64,000 nucleotides of DNA from Callorhinchus milii (Eukaryota), in the NCBI RefSeq assembly GCF_018977255.1, contig NW_024704743.1:100938001-101002000 (forward strand), written 5' to 3'. The translations under genes were made by a program, and so were the position numbers. Below the pieces are notes generated by a model. It saw only the letters and a list, made by a program, of their open reading frames with translations, searched no databases and had not been told where the DNA came from. Shown here piece by piece: positions 38,529 to 49,484 of this stretch (positions are counted from its first letter, which is position 1; the number at the start of each line of letters is the position of its first letter).

Positions 38529-40103
38529 TTAATAATGGCCAAATTCATCATTCTCCTTCCTGAGGTTACTATGCGATTTGGAAATCATTACCAATTTCTC
38601 TCTGTTTGTGTACTGTCTCTGCACAGGTTGATGAGGTTTGTCTGCCTTTTCTTCACTGCCTGACTTTGTGCTTTCCTGGATGTTGTCTTTATCAGGATTC
38701 TCTGTGCAATCACCAGACTGGTCTATGGGTTCTGGTAATACTTTAGAGGATTGAAAGGAATTCTCCCCATCATCTAACGTTAAGTAGCCCTTATTGTTAG
38801 TGCGGTCTAAATGTGGGAGGCTTGGATGGCTCATCTCACCCTGCATCTCTGAAGTGGAAGTGTTGTCACCAAGGTCCAGTGATTTTGAGTCAGCTGGCAA
38901 CATTTGCAGGGAAAGATTGGACTCCAGTTCTGTTTGACATGGAGCAGGAGGCAGAAGCTGTACTTGCGACCCCTCATGGGAAGGACTCTGTGAGCCTTTC
39001 TTGGATACTTGTTGATTATCATTTAACCTTGAAGTTTCTGGTTCAACATCCTGTTTATTATCTGCAAGGTGCTCGTTGCTTATGCTTACATGCCCTGGGA
39101 TGCATTCACTTTCCCCTAGCTGATCGGAGGCAACACAGTCCAATTCCTGTGGAGTTTCTTTACTTTTTTCTGACACCTGGTCTTTGTCTCCGTTTCTGTT
39201 ACATCTGGGGTCCCCTTCGTCCAAGACACAATTGTTCAGTTTGATGACTGGCAGTGTGAATGCATTAATGGAAGAAGTGACGATAGATTTAGCTCCACAC
39301 ATTTTGGGCAACTGAGCCCTTTCATTCATCCTGTTTCTGTCTCTACAAATACTGTAGACTGTATCTGAGAAGGTCTTTCTCTCTTTGGGAACAGATTGCT
39401 TCTGTTTTGTTACAGAATCGCAGTGATTTTTGCCAGCGTTTTCCTTTAATCCAAGCTGTTTAACAGTATTGCTAACAGGTGTCCGCCAGGTATTTTTGGC
39501 CAACATTGCTGCACAGTAGGAATCAGGAGACTTGAGATTATCCATGCTCTTGGACTGAACGTAATTCACAAACCCATTAAAAGGAACACTGTCCTTTGTC
39601 CTTAAATTGTGTACATCTATGACTGTGGAATAAATGTCTCGTAGGTTAATTATCTTAGTTTTCTTGTCTCTGTTTTCATGAAGAACTGCATTGGCACAGA
39701 TAAACAGAAATATACCAATCCCCATAATCAGAGGCCCAAAAACTTTCAATTTGTCAGAATGCAAGTAGCTGGCTAAAAAGTTAGAAATGATTTCCAGAGA
39801 AGTTGTCTCTAGCCTAGTGCTGTTGGTGGCATTGTGAGCTAGGACTGTATTCGCTTCAAAAATGTCATTTTTCTTAGGCCAGTAGCCCATCACTGCCATT
39901 GCAACCCCTACCAACAGAACAAGGATCCCAAAGGCAGCGATCACTCCTGAGATAGAGCACAGCTTCAATTTACCCTTCACTACCACCACATCATTCTTGT
40001 GTTTCTTTTTGGCTTTCCTCTTGCGTTTACTGACATGATTGTGGGAGCGGAAAGAATCTTGCCTCCTGGCTGAAATACGAAGAAGCCCTCCTGTTGCTAT
40101 CAT
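38529..40103 (-). CDS. TMEM200C: Transmembrane protein 200C, single coding exon, 524 aa
   Basis: Intact ORF. The N-terminus MIATGGLLRISARRQD..KRKRKAKKKHKNDVVVVKGKLKLCSISG matches TMEM200C rather than TMEM200A/B. It has two hydrophobic segments, the motif GPLIMGIGIFLFICANAVLHENRDKKTKIINLRDIYSTVID and a C-terminal QRQYTNREKLVMIS. A polypyrimidine/CAG acceptor at 40131-40129 (minus) puts the exon start at 40128, 25 nt before the ATG. Confidence 0.95.
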   Translation of the reverse strand: MIATGGLLRISARRQDSFRSHNHVSKRKRKAKKKHKNDVVVVKGKLKLCSISGVIAAFGILVLLVGVAMAVMGYWPKKNDIFEANTVLAHNATNSTRLETTSLEIISNFLASYLHSDKLKVFGPLIMGIGIFLFICANAVLHENRDKKTKIINLRDIYSTVIDVHNLRTKDSVPFNGFVNYVQSKSMDNLKSPDSYCAAMLAKNTWRTPVSNTVKQLGLKENAGKNHCDSVTKQKQSVPKERKTFSDTVYSICRDRNRMNERAQLPKMCGAKSIVTSSINAFTLPVIKLNNCVLDEGDPRCNRNGDKDQVSEKSKETPQELDCVASDQLGESECIPGHVSISNEHLADNKQDVEPETSRLNDNQQVSKKGSQSPSHEGSQVQLLPPAPCQTELESNLSLQMLPADSKSLDLGDNTSTSEMQGEMSHPSLPHLDRTNNKGYLTLDDGENSFQSSKVLPEPIDQSGDCTENPDKDNIQESTKSGSEEKADKPHQPVQRQYTNREKLVMISKSHSNLRKENDEFGHY

Positions 40104-40454
40104 GATAGATCGGCTTAACAGTTAATCTCTGAAACAAACAAAAACAGAAAGTTGATTGAAGAACAAGAACACGCATGGCAACAATGGGGGCAATTTTGCA
40201 TTGTTTCTTATCAGATTTCTTAATTACAAAATGGATTTCCTTTGCATTTCCACATCATGGCCTTCATGGCTTCTTAATGAAGAAATCCATTAAAGAATCC
40301 TGCAAAATTGACCAGATGTACCTAACTATTATGGAACAATCAATGTTAATTAATAACTGGGGAGTCGAATGCTGCAGACAGCAATAGTGTAGTTCTAAAC
40401 CATCAAGTGTGAACCATTAACCATCAAACCGTTTCTAGACCTATGGCAAGAGGT

Positions 40455-40600
40455 TTGAAATAAGAGCAGAAAATGCTGCAAATACACAGCAGGTCGATCA
40501 GCATTTCAAAGTGAACTATAGATTAATGGATTTTTCTTTCAGATGCTAAATGGTCTGCAGTGCATTTTCAGTATTTTCATTTATTTCAAATTTGCAGAAT
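40455..40600. repeat. Degenerate copy of the hairpin element at 3712-3940
   Basis: TTGAAATAAGAGCAGAAAATGCTGCAAATACACAGCAGGTC pairs imperfectly with CAGATGCT..TTTTCAGTATTTTCATTTATTTCAA. Confidence 0.6.
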
Positions 40601-40859
40601 TTTCAGTTCTGTTCACCTATGCCACGCTTTACCAGTAGTGTTGCCGTACAGTTTCAGGCAGGTGTAGATAATTGGTTTATTTAGCCTATCTACCCAACTT
40701 CTCAAAAGACACATCTAGCTCATCTAATAACCCTGAATCCTTTCAATTTCCAGGAACTTGCCGAGCTCGTATCTGAAACTCTTTATAGTTCCGTCTTCTA
40801 CCGACCACATTGACTGTTTCCAATGGACTCGAGTGAATAAACACATTGTGGTTATATGG

Positions 40860-41270
40860 TACTCTAGCTTAGGAGTGGATAGAATGACAGGTGACCAGAT
40901 GGATACATTAGATTGGGCATTAAAGAAATTGGGAAGTTTATACTAGAGAGAAAGTAGTATAAAGGGGATCTTCCTGACATTTTACAGGCCTAAAAGGTAC
41001 AAATAATTTGAACTCCAATAAGATGTTTGGCAAGGTCAAGAAGCCGCAAAGAGGCCTAAGTTTCAGGAGGAAGGTGAATAGTCTATTTAGACGTAACTTG
41101 TTCCACACGGAGGTTGGTGAACATGTAACATCAGTAGCGAGCAGATTTTTGCCCAAGGAGGTAGCAGAGGCAGACCGTGTCAATTATTTTAAGATAGAAT
41201 TAAATAGGTATAAAATGAGGATAAGAGGGGTACAAGAGATAACTAGCAGTCCTAATTTAACAATGGAATT
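40860..41270 (+). mobile_element. Old CR1 3' fragment
   Basis: LKKLGSLY, FRRNLFHTEV and LPKEVAEADRVNYFKIELNRY. Confidence 0.7.
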
Positions 41271-42567
41271 GAACAGATACATCATAAGTTTTTGCTTTTA
41301 TGTATTCACAACTTGTTTGGCGTAAATCATCTCATAAACTAGCATCTTAAAATATATAAGGTCTGAGTCGATAATTTTTTGTATCGTAGAACAGAAACAT
41401 AATTGCCAATTCCGTAACGCTGCACCAGCCAAATAAGTGTGTATTTTTTCCCACAAATCTGGTAAAGTTCACAAAGTAAACATTCTATGTCTAAACTTTA
41501 ACTGTTTTAATACATAACTGATGTAACTTAAAAGAAAATAACAGTATCATGTAGCACATGTGTGCTACTTTGCAATCTAGTAGCATTAATCCCCAAATCA
41601 GAATACGATTCTTCAAAGATCACATGGAGTGTTACAGCACAGAAACGAGGCTGTTCAGACCACCTACTGAACAGGCCATTCAGACTATCAACTAGATTTG
41701 ATGAAAGCTACTTGGGGTTGCTCAATATTCCTGTAGCTTACAAAAAAATGTAAAACAAAGTAGGAAACAAAATAGTTAAAGGAAGCAAGTTATCTAGGTG
41801 ATACACCATTCAGCACTCTCCCCTTATTAATTATAAACTTCAATAAATACAATAAATATAATAGGTATAATGAGAATTACCAGCATGACCAAATCATCTG
41901 TTTCAAATTACAGTGATCTTAAACTATTTTCATAACCATAGAATGCTTATCAGATATTTCCCAAATGAAAATGTTGATAGTTATTGCTTTATAAGCATCT
42001 GGATTCTAATATGTAGATAAATATAAAGTACATTTGCGGTAATAATTACATTTCAAGTTGATTTATAATATGTCTCAAAATCAATAGTGATGCATCAATA
42101 TCACCAGCTATGAATTGAATCAGGCCACATTGATTCATTGACATGTGCTCAAAAAGGTTTCTATCGGATTTGTTTATTAATAAGCACATATTATTTCCAG
42201 GTCACAATGATGACAACTGCGGAATAAAGATGCTGAAAATATGTGAGTAAAGTAGTTTCAACAGAGGTAGTGTAATTGTTTTTTTTCCCTCTAGGGCAGA
42301 AAAAACCTGGATTGCTTCTTTATAATATTTGTCCTTATTTAACATGTTGCTGAAATTGGCCTTCAGGTCACTAAGCCACTGGGTGAAATTCAGTATTTAT
42401 CAAATACTCGGATTAGTAAACTGCATTAAATAAATAACATTATCATATTTAATTGATTGAATCTTGGCACTAATTTTTAATATTGCAAAACCCAGACTTT
42501 TGTAAATGAGAATATGAAAAATAGAAATAAGAAAGATAATTGAGTCTGTTTATCTCATGCTAAAATC

Positions 42568-42966
42568 AATAATAATAATCTTTACATTTGATATAATGTC
42601 TCATCACTTCATTGATATGTCTCAAAGGATACACTGTAAAGTGGTGGGACTGGGTGTATTTTGTGGTCCAACGTAACAGCCAATTTTACATACAGCATTA
42701 TCCCACAAATAACCATGGAGTGAGAGATCAATTTTATTTGGGGGATTGTTGGCCGGAGATTCCAGAGAAACTCCCGAATGGTGCCTGGAGAGGTAGCGGG
42801 GCCTCGGTTTAACGTCTCACCTGAAGGACAGCACCTCCAACATGGATTATTATTATTATAACGTTGCAGTAGACTGCAATGGAGTGTCAGCACATACTAT
42901 ATGGGGCTTGAACCCACAAGCTTCTGACTCAGAGGCAAGAATGCTACCAACTAAAGCCAGGCTGAT
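42568..42966 (-). mobile_element. Long Deu-domain SINE
   Basis: Collinear with 12352-12785. Confidence 0.85.
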
Positions 42967-44809
42967 ACACAAGGTTCATATTCAATACCAGGATATATCT
43001 AAATGCACTGAACAGTGCTAAATCCAGAAACTACATCCAAGGCTTAGTACAGTAATTAATGAGATCTATCATTTAGATTTCCCAAAGACTGGATCTGTAT
43101 TTTTAGCTGCTGTTAGTCGATTTCATCTTTCAGAGCTAAGAGAAAACAATATGATTATTAACCAAAGAATCAGTAGCAACTGTAAGAATTATGCTGGTAA
43201 ATGTGTATTTGAGCTCTAAGGCACAACTGTGATATTTCATAACAAATTCAAATCAAAACACTGCTGAAATGTTGCAAATTTTCACCCTCTAGGCTCACTG
43301 TGCAATAAATGAATGTAACGGTTGAGTGGAATAAAAGATGAAAAGGCAAACTGTGAAGTGAGAAAACAACAGAAATCAGAACAAAATAATACATAGATCT
43401 GTGCATGTAAAAAAACATTTACAGGTTTACAGTTGAAAAAAAATAAAAAATTGAATGGGAAAAGTAGTCATTTTATCCCAGTAAAAAATTCACCAGTTTT
43501 ACTGCCATAAGATTTGCTGACACACTGTGTTACAGTGTTACAGTTTTCCCCTTCAGGATATGGAGAACAATTCCTTTGTGTGCTCCCAGAACTCCAGTGA
43601 AATTCCTTAAAACCTGAAAAATAATTTCTGGAGAAATGTTGTCTATCAGAAGCTGCAAAGCATGTGCTTTAGGAGTCTTAGGTATGTACTGTATTGCTTC
43701 TGGTATTTACCAAAAAAAATAAGATGGATGATCTTTGCAAACGATCTAATATAATGTATCTAACTAAATAATTTCCCTGAAATATTCTGAAATTGATATT
43801 TTGTTACATTCTCATCTTTCCCCATTTGCTCGCAAAATATACAGAACAAATCAATGTCCTTGTATCCATACCAATTAGAACAATAAAGCCATGTTCATTT
43901 ATTGCTATTGGGGCACAATGCATCTTAGCAATGATTTTTTTTAGTCTGACCTGAATGCTCACAAGTTATAAAGCTATCTCTCAATGCCAACGGAGTACTT
44001 TAATACGCCAGGTCACTTATGTAACTTGTGTTTGGCTAGCCATAGGGTTCTGCTACAAAGATTGAAACCCAAACTTTGTAGCCTGACCCTGACTGGAGAT
44101 TTATCATTTTTGGGGGGTCAGCTGGCTGTCTGACACATGAGGAAACCCATTGCCATGATTAAGAGTATGCAAACCAAGCTGGGATTCCCATGCATCCCAC
44201 ATGGAAATCCCAGAGATAGATTGTTAGAATGGAATGTGCACTCTCTCCGGAACGTATTAGGCACAGGTTGGCTAAAACCACATAGCTTGCCATTGATATT
44301 GCTGTCTGGCAAGGCTTTCCTGCTGCTTGTCCAACTAGGGCCGTCCCACCCATGAAAAATAATCTCATGGTAAATCTCTTGCGAGATTTATCATAAGAGA
44401 TCATGATTTCATTTAATACAGAGTAGAAAATCACTTGGAAATTTGCCTCTACTGGGGGTGCGTAGCATGTATACACTCCTCTGTGGGGAAAATAATTCTG
44501 ATCTTCTGTGAGGTAAGTAAATCAGTACCAGTGTCTTCTTTGATCAGGGACCACATTTAATAACCTAACATATATGCTAACTAGGTCTTATCCTTCTAAA
44601 TCAAGCCTGCATTGTATTCCCTTATCCTGAACGCCAGTGAAAGCAGGTTTAGTTCTGAGAATAGTTGATGATCACAACCAAATCCATTCCTCTTTTACTG
44701 ATGACGCATTCATTAGGTCTCCATGTTTTTTGGGGGGCGGGGGGGAGGGTGTTACTTTAATTTGCCTACATCAAATCAGTTTGCCTTTCCCTCGCCTTTC
44801 CCTGTTTTT

Positions 44810-45400
44810 TTTACATAGAATTTCATAGACACTGCAGCACAAAAAAGGCCATTCAGTCCCACTAGACTGAGCTAGTGTCAATACTATGAATAAGATTCCA
44901 CACCTCCTAATCCCATCTCCCTCTCCTCCTCCTATATCAGCTATCACCTTCTCCATTATGACAATATTGAAATTAGTCTGGTCAAGTCATTCCTATTCCT
45001 GTCATTTCACTGTATGGCTCACTGTCCAGCATAGGAAAAGACTGCAGCATCTGTCTGCTCCCAGCTTTCAAAAACACCATCGTCTCCCTCTCTCTGTATT
45101 GCTTATAAATGATATGAAGAGCCTGCAACTCACCACAGACCACCACATAATGTCACCACTTAGCACTCCTTCTAGAGAAAGCCATTTTTATTTATTGCCA
45201 TCCTATGCTTCTATTGCCATCCTCTGCTTGCCTTGCCAAGCCAAGCCGATTTTCAATTAAACCAGCTCACCTGCGATTAATTCCATAAGCTTTAAGCGTC
45301 TCCAAAGCCTTTACATGCACAACAGTAATCAATAATTGTCTGAAAATCCATGACTATTATATCCATTGGATGGAATCTTGTCTCCTGCATCACCAAGACT
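44810..45400 (-). mobile_element. Old CR1-like fragments
   Basis: ACATAGAA..CAGCACAAAAAAGGCCATTCAGTCC 3' UTR signature followed by degraded antisense LINE-like sequence. Confidence 0.5.
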
Positions 45401-46364
45401 TCAAATAAATTTGCATGGCCTGACTAATTACTTTTGTTTTTAAAAATTTATTCAAATGTCATTTTTTGATAAACGTGCTTCAACTTCAGAAGCAGCAAGA
45501 TCAGCACTCACTCACTCACATAGACTTGTGATCTCAATGTATGCTGAATACTCCTTACAGTCCCTTTAGATGAGGACTGGCAAGACTCATAAAACGCTGC
45601 TGAATATTTTCCCTGCTTTTAACTGGACATCGGTCCCAGAGCTGTGTCTCATTCCTTTTCTTTGAAATATCAAAGAACATTGTGCTCAGATCCATTTCTT
45701 ATATTTATTCATGGATCCACATTAGCCAGACCCACACTTATTTATTGCATCTTTCTTACCAGTCAAGTAACAAGGCCGCAGGTGGCCCAGGTGCAAAACC
45801 AGCTTAGGGGCCCCATTCTCGATTCTGAAATCCATAATTTTGCTAACCTTTACCATCTTGGAAGATAATAATGATCCTTACGTTTGATATTTTTGCATGG
45901 AAGATCAGGACAGATAAAAATGTGTGTGAGAATGAGTGAGTTAGCATACACAAAGAGTGTTCAATCTCAGAGATAGGAGATTGCAGATGCTCAGAGAGGG
46001 CATCTTGACATCTTAATCTCAAACAACAACAATAAAATGACATTTATAGAGTGCCTTTCATGCTGGGAGGACGTCCCAAAGCGCTGAACTGTCAGGGCAA
46101 AGGCAGTACTGTACATCAAGTCCACTTCAGGCATATGCACTAAGCAAACCCACCATCTCCAGGACTCGCCAGCTCAGAGAGGCTGAGACCTAGGGGACCC
46201 TCAGCGAGGCTGACAATCCTGGACTCTCAGACACCTCAGGCTGAGACCATTCTGAAACCATGAGACGAGCTTAGATCCAAGACTCCAGAACCTTAGGTCT
46301 ATCACCCTGGCTCCTGAAGTCTGAACATCGTCCTCATCCCTTCCAGCCAACACTAATCTAACTA

Positions 46365-46497
46365 ATACTAATCCTTGCATTTGATATAGCACCTTATCAC
46401 ATCTTCGAGACGTCTCAAAGCGCTTCACAGAATATACTGTAAAGTGAGTTGACTGTGTATTTTGTGGGCGAAGCGCGGCAGCCAATTGCGCACAGCA
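46365..46497 (-). mobile_element. Short SINE 3' part
   Basis: AATCCTTGCATTTGATATAGC..GCGGCAGCCAATTGCGCACAGCA. Confidence 0.85.
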
Positions 46498-46540
46498 AAC
46501 AGAAGACAGGACAATCACTTGTTGACCCTAGTATTCCCTC

Positions 46541-46640
46541 ATATCATTTGCAGTACTCAAGCCCCCCTCCCCCCACTCAATCATTTGCAGTCCTCAGACA
46601 ATCTCCCCCTACCCCTGATTATTTGCAGACATCAACCTCC
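46541..46640 (+). repeat. Degenerate ~38-bp tandem repeat, about 3 copies
   Basis: ATCATTTGCAG, ATCATTTGCAG and ATTATTTGCAG, each followed by a C-rich spacer. Confidence 0.6.
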
Positions 46641-47147
46641 TCGCTCTACTCCCCATCACCACATGATTTTTTTCTTTGAATTGCAATGACTATTTTGTGG
46701 GATAGTATTTTGTAAGTATTACATATCAAGCAATAAAGTAATTTTCTAATAAGATTTTGAGAATCTTTCTGGTTGACAGGTAGAGGAGCACCTCCCCCCC
46801 CTTCCCCCCACCACCACAGAAGCAGCCAAGTACTTAAGATTGAAACACGATTTGCAATTCAGTACAAACACAATACTTGCAACAGACATAGAAAGATAAA
46901 ATGGAAATGATACCTTAGAAAGGCTTCCCTCTCTAAGATACCTGATCTCCATTCATCCCTTCTCTGAACAACTTGTCCCAGATTAGGAATTTAGCAGAAT
47001 TTTTTTTTTGGTGGGGTGTGCGGTGCAGGGCTGAATCTGGGCAGCAAGGATGCAAAATTATCTTAATTCATGTTAGTTAAAATTCTTTTGCAAATAAAAA
47101 AAATCACATTCAAGGTTTTTACTTCAGCAGGAACTTAATCGTGGCTC

Positions 47148-47470
47148 AATAATAATAATAATAATCCTTGCATCTGATATAGCGCTTTTCACGTCGGGAG
47201 GACGTCCCAAAGCGCTTCACAGAACACACTGTAAAGTGAATTGACTGTATATTTGTGGGCGAACGCGGCAGCCAATTGCACACAGCAATGTCCCACAAAC
47301 AATCGTAGATTGAAAATGACCAATTTTTTATTATTGTTTTTGGTTTTTTGGAGGGATTATTATTAGGCGTGTGGAGTAAGGAAACTTGCCCAAGGTTTCG
47401 TCCTGCCTGGAATTGAACTCAGGTCTCTCGCTTGCAAAGCGAGTGCTCTAACCACTGAGCTACAGGACTC
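47148..47470 (-). mobile_element. Full-length young short SINE with tRNA-Ala(TGC)-like head
   Basis: GGAGTCCTGTAGCTCAGTGGTTAGAGCACTCGCTTTGCAAGCGAGAGACCTGAGTTCAATTCC, CpGs retained, (ATT)n tail. Confidence 0.92.
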
Positions 47471-49427
47471 CACAATAATGATCATGCTCCAGTAATAAGT
47501 GACTAGGGTGGTCACAGTGTCTGAAACAATCTGAACATTTCTACCATGATTTCCACCAGAAAGATCCTGTGAACTCCAGCTGTAATAGTTTTAATAGAGG
47601 ATCTCGTTTCCCTTAGACTGAAAATCACTGGGGAGATTTCCTCATCTGCATGAATAGCTTAACCTGAAATTAATTTTGAATCCCTGCATTTAAAACATAC
47701 GTGAAAATACTGTAAATTAAATTGATCTCATTTGTGTGCTGACAAGGATGCATAATGTACACTGCTAAATCCTCCAGCCAGGACTCCAGCTAAAATCAAC
47801 ATGTAATATCGGAATAATATTATTATTACAACATGAAATAAAGCCCACAAGGTTTTTTATTAATAAATTCGCACATATTTAATACTAGATCTACAAACCT
47901 CACATTAAAATGTTTGTCTGTTTGAAAATAAAAGCATAAATCTGATTTTTTTTTAAAAATCACCCACTCTTTCACTAACATATTCTCCACATTACAGGAT
48001 AAAATTAATTTAGTCCCAAAGCAGTTATTTTAACAGAAAATTATTATTATTATTTTAAATATCACAAAAGATTATATTCAGATCAATGTCTTATATTTAA
48101 TCGTGTATCCACATTAGCCAGTACTGTGCTTCATATTGCATCTTTCTTACCAGTGATAAGAACGCTTTCTTAATAATTGAGTGCTAAACGCACAGCCAAT
48201 TTCCAACACTTGTCATTTCAGCAGTGGGTTGTAGTGCAGCTTCTGAACAGTGCAAAATGTGCCTCTCGTCTCTCAGAAAGTGCAAGCACACTGTTACTGT
48301 GTAGACTGCACTCGCTCCAGATCCACATCGGTACTACTGACTTGTCTCATTCTCCGACTCCCAGAACTTAAAATCGCTGTCTCTCCCTCAACCACTGTAA
48401 CCTGCAATAAACATTCTGCTCTTCTTTACCCCTTCTCCGCAGCTGCCTCTCTCTTTCCCAGGGAGACAGTGAATTCCGCATCAGCACCACTTTCTCATCA
48501 TCCACCCACCTACGCCCCATAATACTCCCAGTGAGGCTTACTATCTTGCTAAAGGACACAGAACCATTGGGAAATATCAAAGCAACACTCTCCTGGGAGT
48601 TTGCATTATCATAATACAGTATCTCAAACAAGGAGTAACAATAGACAAAAAATTGAAAATGTGTGCCAGTTGTAATGTCTTAACAGCTGTAGTGCAATTT
48701 TAAATGTATGGCTACTTTGAATGTTTTTTTACACCTTTTACTTTGTCATTTTGCAATGCACAACAAGACAGATTCACAAACAAAAACACAAGAGGTAGCC
48801 TTAATGCACGCTGGAACATTATAATCCGACATGTGTTAATAAAACAGCAACCATCTGTTATGGGAGGGGAAGTCTCTGCATCATTGATCAGACAGTATTG
48901 TATTAGAAATGTGTACATGCCTCAGCTGGAGGCAGCAGGAGTATGATGGGAGGCCTCAACGTTTATTATTATCCATTTAACCTTGATCTATCATCTATCT
49001 TATAAAAAATAATAATCCTTGCATTTGATATAGCACTTGATCACGTTATTGAGACATCTCAAAGCGCTTCACACAATATATTGTAAAGTGAATTGACTGT
49101 GTATTTTGTGGGTGAAAACGAAAAACATCTTCAGTCTTGTTTTATTTTGCTTCTTGTGTGGACTTTGAGCTCACAGACCAGGCTGACACTCCAGTCCAGT
49201 GCTGGAGTATAGCGCTGCATTGTCATTGCCATTGTGAAACCAGATAAAATTGGACATTCTCTCCAAAGCTATTTGTGGGACATTTCTATGGACAAATAGC
49301 CTGCCATGTTCAGCCACACTTTGCAGTAAAATCAAGTGCTTTGAAATGTTTCAACAAGGTGACAAAGCGCTATATGGAGTGCAAAGGTTATTTCGTTATT
49401 GATTATTTTCTATCCCTGGTCTCTGAT

Positions 49428-49484
49428 TATAATAATAATAATAATAATAATTATTATTATTATTATTATTATCATTATTATTAT
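49428..49484. repeat. (AAT)n directly followed by (ATT)n microsatellite
   Basis: Seen directly in the sequence; self-complementary. Confidence 0.9.

Noticed and set aside
38813..39244. 143-aa plus-strand ORF
   Set aside because: It is an antisense shadow of the TMEM200C coding sequence.
47395..47470. tRNA-Ala(TGC)-like sequence, with similar heads at about 4620-4678, 28510-28568, 56585 and 58060
   Set aside because: Each continues into a SINE body and lacks a proper acceptor stem, so these are SINE heads, not tRNA genes.
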